From: Candidatus Levybacteria bacterium RIFCSPHIGHO2_01_FULL_40_16
Lineage (GTDB): Bacteria > Patescibacteriota > Microgenomatia > Levybacterales > UBA12049
Length of the DNA: 64,000 bases
Direction of reading: 5' to 3'
Assembly (NCBI GenBank): GCA_001783805.1
Contig: MFNS01000001.1
Span: 192,649-256,648 of the forward strand
In this document: piece by piece, positions 38,576 through 47,502 of the stretch
Numbering within the stretch: the first letter of the stretch is position 1
How the letters are laid out: each line of letters begins with the position of its first letter
Position numbers and translations under genes: made by a program
Notes under the pieces: model-generated
Database searches by the model: none
Seen by the model: the letters and a program-made list of their open reading frames with translations, nothing else
What the model was told of the DNA's origin: nothing

Positions 38576-39382
38576 ATGCCCAATGTCTTAAAAGCGTCAG
38601 GTCAAATTGAACCATTTAACGAAGCCAAGCTTCGGGTCTCTGTCCAGCGGGCAGGCATAGATCCAATACTTGTTGAAAATGTCATTATCCATATCAAATC
38701 CAAATTGTACGAGAACATTCCCACAAAAGAAATTTATAAACACATTCTTGAATTTCTGCAAAAATCTCCATATCCCTTTAGTCATGCAAAATACGGACTG
38801 AAACAGTCGATTATGGATCTGGGGCCCACGGGATACCCATTTGAAGATTATATTTCGGAAATTTTGAAAATGGAAGGATATGCTACTCAAGTTAGGCAAA
38901 TTTTGCAAGGTAAATGCATCTCTCACGAAATAGATATTGTGGTTGAGAAAAACAAGACAAGATCAATGGTCGAATGTAAATTTCACAATGCTCCTGGAAC
39001 CAGATCTCAAGTGCACGTTTCATTGTATACAAAAGCCAGATTTGACGATATTAAAGAAAAAAATAATTTAGGTGAAGTTTGGCTGGTAACTAATACCAAA
39101 ATTACTCCGGATGCCTTAAATTATGCATTATGTAGTAATATGAAAGTTATCAGCTGGGATTATCCGGAAAAGGAAAGTTTTAGAGATCTCATTGAAAAAC
39201 ACAAACTCTATCCTGTTACAACCCTTACCAGTCTGACGCAAAACCAAAAACAATTACTTGCAGAAAAGCATGTGGTTCTGGCAAGAGATATTTGTAAGAA
39301 CCCAGCTTCTTTGGATATCTTGGGGCTCCCGAATGATAAAAAAAATTCAGTCTTTTCCGAATGCCAATTTATCTACAAGTAA
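38576..39382 (+). CDS. ATP-cone domain plus restriction-endonuclease-like (Mrr-cat) domain protein
   Basis: N-terminal ATP-cone (VLKASGQIEPFNEAKL); C-terminal ...IDIVVEK...ECKFH nuclease-like core. Confidence 0.55.
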   Translation: MPNVLKASGQIEPFNEAKLRVSVQRAGIDPILVENVIIHIKSKLYENIPTKEIYKHILEFLQKSPYPFSHAKYGLKQSIMDLGPTGYPFEDYISEILKMEGYATQVRQILQGKCISHEIDIVVEKNKTRSMVECKFHNAPGTRSQVHVSLYTKARFDDIKEKNNLGEVWLVTNTKITPDALNYALCSNMKVISWDYPEKESFRDLIEKHKLYPVTTLTSLTQNQKQLLAEKHVVLARDICKNPASLDILGLPNDKKNSVFSECQFIYK

Positions 39383-39435
39383 ATATTTTTATTAGTTTGA
39401 CAATACCTTTCCCTATCTATATAATCTGCTAAATT

Positions 39436-39807
39436 ATGGGGATTCATGAAAAGTTTTTTCTGATTGAAGACGACCACAGGGATGCGCAAGATATTTTTAG
39501 CGAGATGGCAAGAGCGGGACATGAAGTTGTAGGATATGCTGACAATTTACAAGACGCTACTGAACTTGTTTCCAAAATAGAGGAGTCTGGGGCATCTGTT
39601 ATAGTTCTAGATGGCAATCTTAGTCCTCGTCGGTCAGATTGCGAAGAAGGAAAAGAAATTGCCAAATTAATAAAAAGTAAAAATCCAGATATGTCAATTA
39701 TCGCTCATTCAGGATCAAGCAAGGAAGCAGCATGTTATGGTGATATTTACATAAAAAAACCATCCTTTGGGGAGCTTGCAAAAGCAGTCACCGCAATTCC
39801 ACGATAA
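39436..39807 (+). CDS. receiver-domain-like protein
   Basis: LIEDDHRDA...VIVLDGNLSP CheY-like fold. Confidence 0.45.
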   Translation: MGIHEKFFLIEDDHRDAQDIFSEMARAGHEVVGYADNLQDATELVSKIEESGASVIVLDGNLSPRRSDCEEGKEIAKLIKSKNPDMSIIAHSGSSKEAACYGDIYIKKPSFGELAKAVTAIPR

Positions 39808-39851
39808 TTGCCCAGCCTTGCAAGAGCCTTGCAAGGTCTGACCTTGCGAGA

Positions 39852-41129
39852 CTAAATAGATTCAGCAGCCAATTTGGTGCGTTCGTATTTGTCTGCCATG
39901 TAGCCGTTGGGAACCGTGGTAAGTTTGTCTGAATATAATAAAAATCCATTGCGGATGGTATGATCGCCAAAACGCTCATTAATAAAATCTACTGTTTGTT
40001 GCAAAGAATTCTGCTTTGCAGAAGAATCAAATAAAGATAGGGGAGTATTGCTTGAGTCCTCTAAACCTGATGCCGTAATTCCAATTTGCCTGACATATTT
40101 AAAATTATTGACATTAACTAAATTGGTTAATAAATCAAACATTTCTTTACCTGTATCAAAATATTTCGTATAAGTTTTTCTTTGATGTAAATTTATGTTT
40201 CCGCCAAAATAATATCCGACAGTCCTGGCTTTTTTATTTAAGCGCCTTAATTTGATGCAAACTTCTTCGCACAATTCATAAATGTTTTGCAGAACAACTT
40301 TTTTATTATATTCGTTTTGGGGCAAACAATAATTCCGTCCCACCGATTTCACTTCCGGAGTCTTAGTGTAGGAACTTAGAACATCTGTGCTTAAGCCTAA
40401 GCCTACTTGATGTAAAAACTCTGCCTCTGCAGAGCCAAATTCCTGAATTAATAATGATAAATTCGCATCCCGTAATTGCAATAGATTGTAAATGCCGATC
40501 TTATTAAGTCTTAATTTTATTCTTTCTCCGATTCCGCAGACATCGGTTAATTTTGCTTTTGCATAAACTGCTCCTAAATTATCCTTGGTAATTTCGAACA
40601 CCCCGTCCGGTTTGTTAATGCTCGATGCCAATTTTGCCAAAAGTTTATTGTGCGAAATGCCAACCGAAACCGTAATATGTTCGCCGATTTTTTCTCTGAT
40701 TTCTTTTTTAAGAAGTTTTATCGTGCTATAAACTCCGCCGAATAAATGATTCGTCAAAGTAATATCCATAAAAACTTCGTCAATTGAGAAAAGTTCGACT
40801 TCCGGAGAAAAGCTTTGACAAATCTTCAAAAACTTCTTTGACACTTCCAGATATTTAACAAAATTAGCCGGAGCAAGATTCAGTGTGGGACAAATTTTCA
40901 GAGCTTCATAAGTTCGGGCTCCTGTTTTAATTCCTAATCTTTTCGCTTCGCGGCTGGAGGCAATAATACAAGTCCTGCCGTTGGTTGCGGTCACTCCGAG
41001 AGGCTTATTGCGCAAAAGGGGATTAAACTGCTGTTCGCAGCTGGCAAAAAAACTGTCAAAATCAATATGTAAAACCCGCCTGCCATCGGCTTTTGCCGAA
41101 GGTAAATGCGGGCAGGTTATTTTTTGCAT
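39852..41129 (-). CDS. dinB: DNA polymerase IV (Y-family)
   Basis: VLHIDFDSFFASCEQ catalytic motif; full UmuC/DinB architecture. Confidence 0.85.
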   Translation of the reverse strand: MQKITCPHLPSAKADGRRVLHIDFDSFFASCEQQFNPLLRNKPLGVTATNGRTCIIASSREAKRLGIKTGARTYEALKICPTLNLAPANFVKYLEVSKKFLKICQSFSPEVELFSIDEVFMDITLTNHLFGGVYSTIKLLKKEIREKIGEHITVSVGISHNKLLAKLASSINKPDGVFEITKDNLGAVYAKAKLTDVCGIGERIKLRLNKIGIYNLLQLRDANLSLLIQEFGSAEAEFLHQVGLGLSTDVLSSYTKTPEVKSVGRNYCLPQNEYNKKVVLQNIYELCEEVCIKLRRLNKKARTVGYYFGGNINLHQRKTYTKYFDTGKEMFDLLTNLVNVNNFKYVRQIGITASGLEDSSNTPLSLFDSSAKQNSLQQTVDFINERFGDHTIRNGFLLYSDKLTTVPNGYMADKYERTKLAAESI

Positions 41130-41284
41130 ATCTTAATCGTATGGGAAAAATACCCGAAAAACAATAGAACAAAACTAGAACAAAAATAGACTTTTGATAT
41201 CAACTTTTATGGTTAGAAGCCATAGGCAGAGGTAGGCCTTAAGAATTAAAAGCGTGAAGATAAATTACAATAAATAAATTAAAA

Positions 41285-41791
41285 TTATCGCCGGGGAAGA
41301 CTTGTTTTAATCTTTCTGTAGGTTTCTTCGTAAATATTTGGCTTACCGGCTAAATAATACCTCTCAACTAAATCTTCTATCGAATCTATATGGAATTTAA
41401 AACCAAACATGGGAACTCTTTCTGATGCATCTACATAGTACCCGAATTTCCTTTCGTCTCCTCTTTCGCGTTCTAATTTTATTTTTCCGCTAACCATGGA
41501 TTTTTTAATATCTATTGCCGGTCCTAATATAATTCCCACGTTCATAGTCAATACTATTCTGGTTAAGTATTCTGCCACCTCGTGACGCCTGAACCTATTA
41601 TTTAAGCTGTTTCCAGTTAAATTATTGAACCAAACAAAGGGTTTTTCTTTGCCGTCAATCGGGGATTTTGTGATAACCCCAATTGGTTTATTTCCTGATT
41701 CAAAAGGACTCGGAATGTCTAAGAATTGAGGTGTGGGCATTTGCCTATTTATGTCTGGCGATTTATTTAGCTCTTTACTCATGACGACCAT
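41285..41791 (-). CDS. hypothetical protein
   Basis: 168-aa ORF; no domain recognised. Confidence 0.3.
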   Translation of the reverse strand: MVVMSKELNKSPDINRQMPTPQFLDIPSPFESGNKPIGVITKSPIDGKEKPFVWFNNLTGNSLNNRFRRHEVAEYLTRIVLTMNVGIILGPAIDIKKSMVSGKIKLERERGDERKFGYYVDASERVPMFGFKFHIDSIEDLVERYYLAGKPNIYEETYRKIKTSLPRR

Positions 41792-41830
41792 ATACTACAT
41801 AAATAACAAACTAATGTCAAATAAAACCAT

Positions 41831-41958
41831 TAATTATAATCCGTATGCAGACAGGGGAGCATTGCCGATGCCGATTGTACTTCCACCTCTAAGGCGGAAA
41901 GTCGCAAGCTAGAATTATAATTATAATCCGTAGGCGGAGAGGGGAGCGTTGCCGATGC
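41831..41958 (+). repeat. two tandem 41-nt direct repeats (TAATTATAATCCGTAKGCRGASAGGGGAGCRTTGCCGATGC; 41831-41871 and 41918-41958) upstream of typA/bipA
   Basis: 37/41 identity with an 87-bp period; each begins with a TATAAT-like box and contains a GCAT-TGCCG-ATGC hairpin. Confidence 0.6.
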
Positions 41959-42039
41959 AGGCATTGAGTTAATTGTGGTATAATTATAAATGAGAATTTA
42001 AGGTCTGGCTGCTTACACTTCCGGAACTTTTTCATCCCT

Positions 42040-43941
42040 ATGAACAATTTAACATCGGATAAAATTAGAAATATCGCGGTTATTGCGCACGTTGACCACG
42101 GAAAAACTACGCTTGTAGATTTCATGCTCAAGCAGTCCCATACCTTCCGCGAAAATGAAGCGGAAATGACTCAAACTACTATTCTTGATTCAAATCCCCT
42201 GGAAAGAGAGCGGGGCATTACTATTTTGGCCAAAAATACCGCAATAAATTACAAACCTGCCCGCAATGCTTCGCCCGCCGGCATGCCTTCGGCAAAGCCG
42301 ATGGCGGCCAGGCAACACGATGCAGGCGGGGACTACAAAATTAATATTATAGATACTCCGGGGCACGCGGATTTTTCAGGGGAGGTTGAAAGGACTCTCA
42401 ATATGGCAGACGGAGCGCTTTTGATTATTGATGCGTTGGAAGGACCGATGCCGCAAACTAAATTTGTGCTTAAAAAAGCCCTTGGAATAGGTTTAAAAGT
42501 GATTGTTATCATCAATAAAATTGATAAAAAACTCGCAGATATTGCAGATTCTTTTGAAAAAACCAATGATTTATTTCTGGAATTGGCAACCGATTCGGAA
42601 CAATTGAACTTTCCCGTTCTCTATGCCGTAGGCCGCGAAGGAAAAGCAGCGGTAAAACTGGAAGATGTACAGGGAAGCAAAGATTTAGACCCAATTATGC
42701 AAACAATTATCAATTATATTCCGGCTCCAAAAGTTGACGCCGGCCCGTTTAGAATGCTGGCGACTGCTTTAGATTACGATACCCACAAAGGCAAACACGT
42801 CATCGGCAGAATCAGAAGCGGTACTCTGGAAAAAGGACAAACAGTGGTTTTAATTAATGCTAAAAATGAAAAAATTCCTGCCAAAATAGAAAATATTTAT
42901 ATAAACCGCGGTCTTAAAAAAGACGAGGTTGAAAAAGTGAGGGCCGGGGAAATAGTTGACATTACCGGAGTTGACAATGTGACTATCGGAGATACGATCG
43001 CAGATTCCAGCAATCCGGTTGCGCTTCCGCGAATTTCAATTGAAGATCCTACAATCAAAATTGCTATTTTTGCCAACACCAGCCCTTTTGCAGGCAAAGA
43101 GGGGAAATATTCAAATTCCCGCCAAGTCTATGAAAGGTTAGTTAAGGAATTGGAAACGAATATCAGTATGAAGTTAGAGGTTATGGAAGATAAATTTGTA
43201 GTTTCCGGAAGAGGGGAATTGCATTTGTCGGTTTTAATTGAAACCATGAGGCGCGAGGGTTATGAGTTCCAAGTTGAAAAACCGGAAGTAATTACAAAAA
43301 TTATCAACGGCGTAGAGATGGAGCCGGTTGAAGATTTAATTATTGATGTTCCGGACGAATTTCAAGGAATAATTTCAAGAGAGTTAGGAGAAAGAAGGGG
43401 ACAAATGACCAATATGGATGCTGACGGAAAAGGTAACACGCGTTTTGAATACAAAATTCCTTCCAAAAATCTTCTGGGACTGCGGAATACTTTATTAACC
43501 AACACTAAGGGTACAGCGGTAATCAATACTATGTTTGATAAATACGAGCCGTTGACGCCTGTACTTCCTAAAATCAGAAACGGTGTCTTGATTGCATCGG
43601 AACCGGGAACTGCCTTAACTTTTGGCCTGCAAAACGCGCAAGGAAGAGGCATAACTTTTATTGACCCCGGAACATCGGTTTATGAGGGAATGATTGTCGG
43701 TCTAAATACGAGAAGCGATGATATTGAAATAAATGTTGCTAAAGGAAAACACTTAACCAATATGCGGTCCGCAAATGCGGACATTGCAATTGCTTTAACT
43801 CCGCCCCTCAAAATGAGTTTAGAACAATATTTGGATTTTTTGGAAGACGACGAGCTTTTGGAGGTAACACCGAAAAGTTTAAGGCTGCGTAAAAAACTTT
43901 TGACCCGTCTTGACCGTGTTAGGGCTGCAAGAGTACAATAA
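42040..43941 (+). CDS. typA: translational GTPase TypA/BipA carrying a 25-aa in-frame insertion (PARNASPAGMPSAKPMAARQHDAGG) in the G domain
   Basis: AIIAHVDHGKTTL, DTPGHADF and NKID motifs; the insertion is encoded by a 76-nt GC-rich element at 42256-42331. Confidence 0.85.
   Translation: MNNLTSDKIRNIAVIAHVDHGKTTLVDFMLKQSHTFRENEAEMTQTTILDSNPLERERGITILAKNTAINYKPARNASPAGMPSAKPMAARQHDAGGDYKINIIDTPGHADFSGEVERTLNMADGALLIIDALEGPMPQTKFVLKKALGIGLKVIVIINKIDKKLADIADSFEKTNDLFLELATDSEQLNFPVLYAVGREGKAAVKLEDVQGSKDLDPIMQTIINYIPAPKVDAGPFRMLATALDYDTHKGKHVIGRIRSGTLEKGQTVVLINAKNEKIPAKIENIYINRGLKKDEVEKVRAGEIVDITGVDNVTIGDTIADSSNPVALPRISIEDPTIKIAIFANTSPFAGKEGKYSNSRQVYERLVKELETNISMKLEVMEDKFVVSGRGELHLSVLIETMRREGYEFQVEKPEVITKIINGVEMEPVEDLIIDVPDEFQGIISRELGERRGQMTNMDADGKGNTRFEYKIPSKNLLGLRNTLLTNTKGTAVINTMFDKYEPLTPVLPKIRNGVLIASEPGTALTFGLQNAQGRGITFIDPGTSVYEGMIVGLNTRSDDIEINVAKGKHLTNMRSANADIAIALTPPLKMSLEQYLDFLEDDELLEVTPKSLRLRKKLLTRLDRVRAARVQ
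42256..42331 (+). repeat. GC-rich miniature repeat element (CCTGCCCGC...GCAGGCGGGG), in-frame inside typA
   Basis: About 68% GC in a roughly 37% GC context; the same termini occur at 47517-47560 and 60157-60199. Confidence 0.6.
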
Positions 43942-43949
43942 TTTCAATC

Positions 43950-44765
43950 ATGAAAAATGTCAATCAAATGTTAATTTTTGATGTCGACGGAGTAATAACG
44001 GATATCGAAAAAGAAATAGTAACCGAACCACTCATCCTAGATTACATAATAAAAATTTTAGAAAAAGGAGAGCCGGTTGCGCTTAATACAGGCAGGGGAA
44101 TTGACTGGACACAAGACGCCGTACTAATTCCACTCAAAGATAAAATAATTAACAGAAATATCCTGGAATATTTATTTGTGGTTGCGGAAAGCGGGGGAGT
44201 TACTGCAACATTTGATCAGAATGGCTTTCTAAATATTAAAGTTGATGAAAATCTCAAAATGCCAACCGATTTAGATCAAAAAGTCCGAGAATTAGTTAAA
44301 GAAAAGTATTCTCAAAGTATGCGTTATGAAAATAAAAAAACTATGATTACAACAAAAATTAAAGAAGGAACGCCAGTAGATACATATCATAAAGATCAAC
44401 TAAAAATCGTTGAAGACTTACAAAAGCTCATTGACAATTTTGGCGCAAACGACAGAATGAAAACGGATGCCAGTACTATCGGTACAAATATCATGTACAA
44501 AACCACCGGAAAAGATAAAGGAATGGAATTGATTTTAAACTGGATTTTGCAAAAAGGAATAAAACCGCAAAAATTTATAACATTCGGCGATAGCTTACCC
44601 GACATAGAAATGGCAGAGAAACTTGGCGAAGAAGGGCGCAATGTGGAGTTTGTATACGTTGGTAAAAATCATCTTAAAAAAAAATATCCTTTTCCTATAA
44701 TAATCCCAAAAGAAAAATACGGAAAGGGGACATTAGAGTTCTTAAAATCCCAATATCCTCAATAG
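43950..44765 (+). CDS. HAD-superfamily hydrolase
   Basis: LIFDVDGVIT (motif I) and FGDSLPDIEMA (motif IV). Confidence 0.6.
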   Translation: MKNVNQMLIFDVDGVITDIEKEIVTEPLILDYIIKILEKGEPVALNTGRGIDWTQDAVLIPLKDKIINRNILEYLFVVAESGGVTATFDQNGFLNIKVDENLKMPTDLDQKVRELVKEKYSQSMRYENKKTMITTKIKEGTPVDTYHKDQLKIVEDLQKLIDNFGANDRMKTDASTIGTNIMYKTTGKDKGMELILNWILQKGIKPQKFITFGDSLPDIEMAEKLGEEGRNVEFVYVGKNHLKKKYPFPIIIPKEKYGKGTLEFLKSQYPQ

Positions 44766-44792
44766 CATTGACAGGCATGATTTGTTTGTGCG

Positions 44793-45491
44793 ATGATTTT
44801 ACTAATGGATAATCTGCCCGATTTACAGCAGCTAACAAGTTATCAGCAAAATCCGCCTTCAAGCTTTAAACTTTTTCTGTCAAAAAATAAATTCACAATT
44901 ATATTTATTTCGATATTAGGCATTGTTTCTCTTGGTATGACAGGGTATTTATTGGCGTCAAACAGCAAGCCGCCTCTTCCTGATCAAGTTTCTCAAGAGA
45001 GCATTGCTCAAAATTTTACCATCGCTCCTGCTCCGGAAAATGAAATTCCTACCCAGCCGCCGCTAACGCCCGCACCAACAATTGCACCAATAAATCCTAC
45101 AGCATCCTGGAGTGCTTTTGTCAGCTCGGCATATTCATATTCGATTAAATATCCGCCTAACTGGACAGCGCAAACAATCGCTCAAACAGATCCGAAGATC
45201 TTAGAATACGTTGTGTTTAATCCGGTGGCAACCAAGTCGGGAACTTTATCAATCACTCTTTCCTATGGCACGCGGACTTATCAGCAGGCTCTGGCTTTGG
45301 ATCCGCAGACCGGAGAAATTATTACTGTGGCATCAGCCAGTGCTACGAAAAAAAATAGTAAGGACTCCAACGAATTTAAGGCCGTAAACGTCATTGTGCC
45401 TTTCGGATCAAATACGATTATTTTCAACGCTAAGGAAGTGCATTTAAATCTCTTCAACCAAATGCTAACTACCCTCAAGCTTACGAGATGA
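44793..45491 (+). CDS. Pro-rich membrane-anchored hypothetical protein
   Basis: TM helix then a P/T/A-rich linker. Confidence 0.3.
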   Translation: MILLMDNLPDLQQLTSYQQNPPSSFKLFLSKNKFTIIFISILGIVSLGMTGYLLASNSKPPLPDQVSQESIAQNFTIAPAPENEIPTQPPLTPAPTIAPINPTASWSAFVSSAYSYSIKYPPNWTAQTIAQTDPKILEYVVFNPVATKSGTLSITLSYGTRTYQQALALDPQTGEIITVASASATKKNSKDSNEFKAVNVIVPFGSNTIIFNAKEVHLNLFNQMLTTLKLTR

Positions 45492-45510
45492 ATCATTGCC
45501 CAAAAGTTCT

Positions 45511-45587
45511 TGGGGTGGGCAACGGGACTCGAACCCGCAACCGTCAGGTCCACAACCTGATGCTCTAGCCATTGAGCTACGCCCACC
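45511..45587 (-). tRNA. tRNA-His (anticodon GTG) with G-1 and encoded CCA
   Basis: G-GTGGGCG...loop TTGTGGA...TTCGAGT...TGCCCAC-C-CCA. Confidence 0.85.
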
Positions 45588-45588
45588 A

Positions 45589-45603
45589 TTCTGCAGAGCA
45601 GAA
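45589..45603. repeat. 15-nt hairpin TTCTGC-AGA-GCAGAA between the GIY-YIG stop and the tRNA-His 5' end
   Basis: Identical to the hairpin at 47199-47213. Confidence 0.6.
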
Positions 45604-45605
45604 TT

Positions 45606-45869
45606 CTATTCTAGCTTATCATAGTTTTCGAAAATGATTTTTCTCAATCTATGTCCAAAACCAGACTTTAAAAATTGTTTTCTTTTATCTGCGCACAATC
45701 TGCAATAAAAGTTTTCGAAATAAACTAAACGCCATGGCCGATTTGTCTTCGTATATCTAGAAAGTCCATCATTATGTTCCTTCAATCTAGATTCAATATC
45801 TTTTATTGTTAATCCTATATATGTCTTGCTTTTGTTGTGTAAACTTTTCAAAAAGTAAACTTTATACAT
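45606..45869 (-). CDS. small GIY-YIG nuclease-family protein
   Basis: MYKVYFLKS...TYIGLTIKDIESRLKEHNDG...WRLVYFE: GIY-YIG core; close paralog of the 47227 gene. Confidence 0.65.
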   Translation of the reverse strand: MYKVYFLKSLHNKSKTYIGLTIKDIESRLKEHNDGLSRYTKTNRPWRLVYFENFYCRLCADKRKQFLKSGFGHRLRKIIFENYDKLE

Positions 45870-45899
45870 TAGGTCAAGTTAAAATCAAGACATAAAGAA

Positions 45900-45914
45900 A
45901 TCTGCTTTGCAGAT
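45900..45914. repeat. hairpin variant ATCTGC-TTT-GCAGAT abutting the tRNA-Arg(TCT) 3' end
   Basis: Same stem family as TTCTGC-NNN-GCAGAA. Confidence 0.5.
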
Positions 45915-45915
45915 G

Positions 45916-45988
45916 TGCCCCCGGAGGGAATCGAACCCCCAACCTTGTCGTTAGAACCGACCTGCTCTATCCGTTGAGCTACGAGGGC
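45916..45988 (-). tRNA. tRNA-Arg (anticodon TCT)
   Basis: GCCCTCG acceptor, D-arm GCTCAACGGATAGAGC, loop GTTCTAA, T-loop TTCGATT; one G-A mismatch at the base of the anticodon stem. Confidence 0.7.
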
Positions 45989-46063
45989 AGTATGTGTATT
46001 TTACAGTATTTCTTCTCTCTTTGACAATACTATCATCCTTACGTATACTACAAATGTTGGTTT

Positions 46064-47056
46064 ATGAACAATCCGATTGTTAAATATTTGATTAACAACC
46101 ATTTTCTGACGGCGCTTATCGTTATAGCGCTTTTTTGGCTGGCAATTGACCTAAGTAACATCTTAATTATTATCTTTATTTCCTACATAATCATGGCTGC
46201 CTTATCTCCTTTTTCGGATTATTTAACTCAAAAACGCATTCCCAGAATCTTAGCCGCATTGATTCCTTACACAATAGCTATTGCGATATTGGTACTTTTG
46301 ATCCTTCCATTAGTGCCCCTCTTTATCTCTCAGATAGAGCTTCTTTTTAGTAATTTTCCAAAATACATTAATCAAATAGCAAATGCCCTTAATCTCAATA
46401 TTGATGCAGCCAGCGTTAAAAATGTTTTCGAATCAGATGCCAATACTCTAAGCAAAAATGTTTTGAACGTCACGGGTAAATTTTTAAGCGGTTTTTTCTC
46501 TACATTTACAGTCCTGGTCATAAGTTTTTATCTGATGCTTCAAAGAGAGATGCTTAAGAAACAATTTGTAGGCCTTTGGCCTAAAAAGAGTCAGGATCAG
46601 GTTCAAGAAACGATTGCCAGAGTTGAAGATAAGATTGGCCGGTGGCTGCGTGGACAGCTGGTTCTTTCCTTTACAATTGGTTTTTTCACCTGGGGAGGTC
46701 TAACGCTCTTCGGCTTACCCTTCGCTCTTCCTTTAAGTTTGCTGGCGGGAATACTGGAAATTGTACCGACAATCGGACCGATTATTGCCGCTATTCCGGC
46801 TGTTATTGTCGCTTTAACTATTTCTCCCGGACTTGCAATATCGGTTATATTTTTCTATATTTTAGTACAAATGCTTGAGAATCATATTCTCGTTCCGAAA
46901 ATAATGCAAAAAGCGGTCGGATTAAATCCCATTGTCATCATCATTGGAGTTTTAATAGGCAGTCATTTCATGGGAATTCTGGGAGCTCTGCTCTCTGTAC
47001 CGTTTATAGCAATGACCTTAATTATCGTTAAAAGCTTCAGGTCTTCCAATCAATAG
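46064..47056 (+). CDS. AI-2E family transporter (PerM/UPF0118-like permease)
   Basis: About 8 TM helices with the typical AI-2E N-terminal layout. Confidence 0.65.
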   Translation: MNNPIVKYLINNHFLTALIVIALFWLAIDLSNILIIIFISYIIMAALSPFSDYLTQKRIPRILAALIPYTIAIAILVLLILPLVPLFISQIELLFSNFPKYINQIANALNLNIDAASVKNVFESDANTLSKNVLNVTGKFLSGFFSTFTVLVISFYLMLQREMLKKQFVGLWPKKSQDQVQETIARVEDKIGRWLRGQLVLSFTIGFFTWGGLTLFGLPFALPLSLLAGILEIVPTIGPIIAAIPAVIVALTISPGLAISVIFFYILVQMLENHILVPKIMQKAVGLNPIVIIIGVLIGSHFMGILGALLSVPFIAMTLIIVKSFRSSNQ

Positions 47057-47114
47057 CCCTTAGTTCCTCTTCCACCCTCAAGCTTGATATGCTAAAATAC
47101 TATTTAGTATCCAG

Positions 47115-47197
47115 GCTGCGGTGGTGGAATGGTATACACGGAGGCCTTAAGAGCCTCTATCCGTAAGGGTGTGTGGGTTCGACTCCCTCCCGCAGCA
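47115..47197 (+). tRNA. tRNA-Leu (anticodon TAA), class II with long variable arm
   Basis: GCTGCGG acceptor, loop CTTAAGA, variable arm TATCCGTAAGGGTGTG, T-loop TTCGACT. Confidence 0.8.
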
Positions 47198-47198
47198 C

Positions 47199-47213
47199 TT
47201 CTGCAGAGCAGAA
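47199..47213. repeat. 15-nt hairpin TTCTGC-AGA-GCAGAA abutting the tRNA-Leu(TAA) 3' end
   Basis: Same sequence as 45589-45603. Confidence 0.6.
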
Positions 47214-47226
47214 TCTAAAGGCGTAA

Positions 47227-47502
47227 ATGTATAAAGTTTATTTATTGCATAGCCTAAAAGACACAGGGATGTCTTACGTTGGATTAACAATTAAGGAAAT
47301 AGACAAGAGAGTTGAAGAACATAATAAAGGACTATCACAATATACAAAAACATTTAAGCCGTGGAGATTAGTTTATTACGAACTTTTCTATTGCAGAACA
47401 TGTGCCGAAAAAAGAGAACAATTCTTGAAAAGTGGAGTAGGATATCAATTAAGAAAACATCTGCTTACATTTAAGAATTCTTCTTTGAAGAACGGGGGTT
47501 AG
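47227..47502 (+). CDS. small GIY-YIG nuclease-family protein; 3' end runs through a hairpin variant (TTCTTCTTTGAAGAA) into the split-tRNA locus
   Basis: MYKVYLLHS...YVGLTIKEIDKRVEEHNKG...WRLVYYE. Confidence 0.65.
   Translation: MYKVYLLHSLKDTGMSYVGLTIKEIDKRVEEHNKGLSQYTKTFKPWRLVYYELFYCRTCAEKREQFLKSGVGYQLRKHLLTFKNSSLKNGG

Noticed and set aside
41130-41284. Direct repeats TAGAACAAAA x2 upstream of dinB as a possible SOS box
   Set aside because: They are direct rather than inverted repeats and do not resemble the CGAATAT motif seen at lexA and uvrA; too weak to call.
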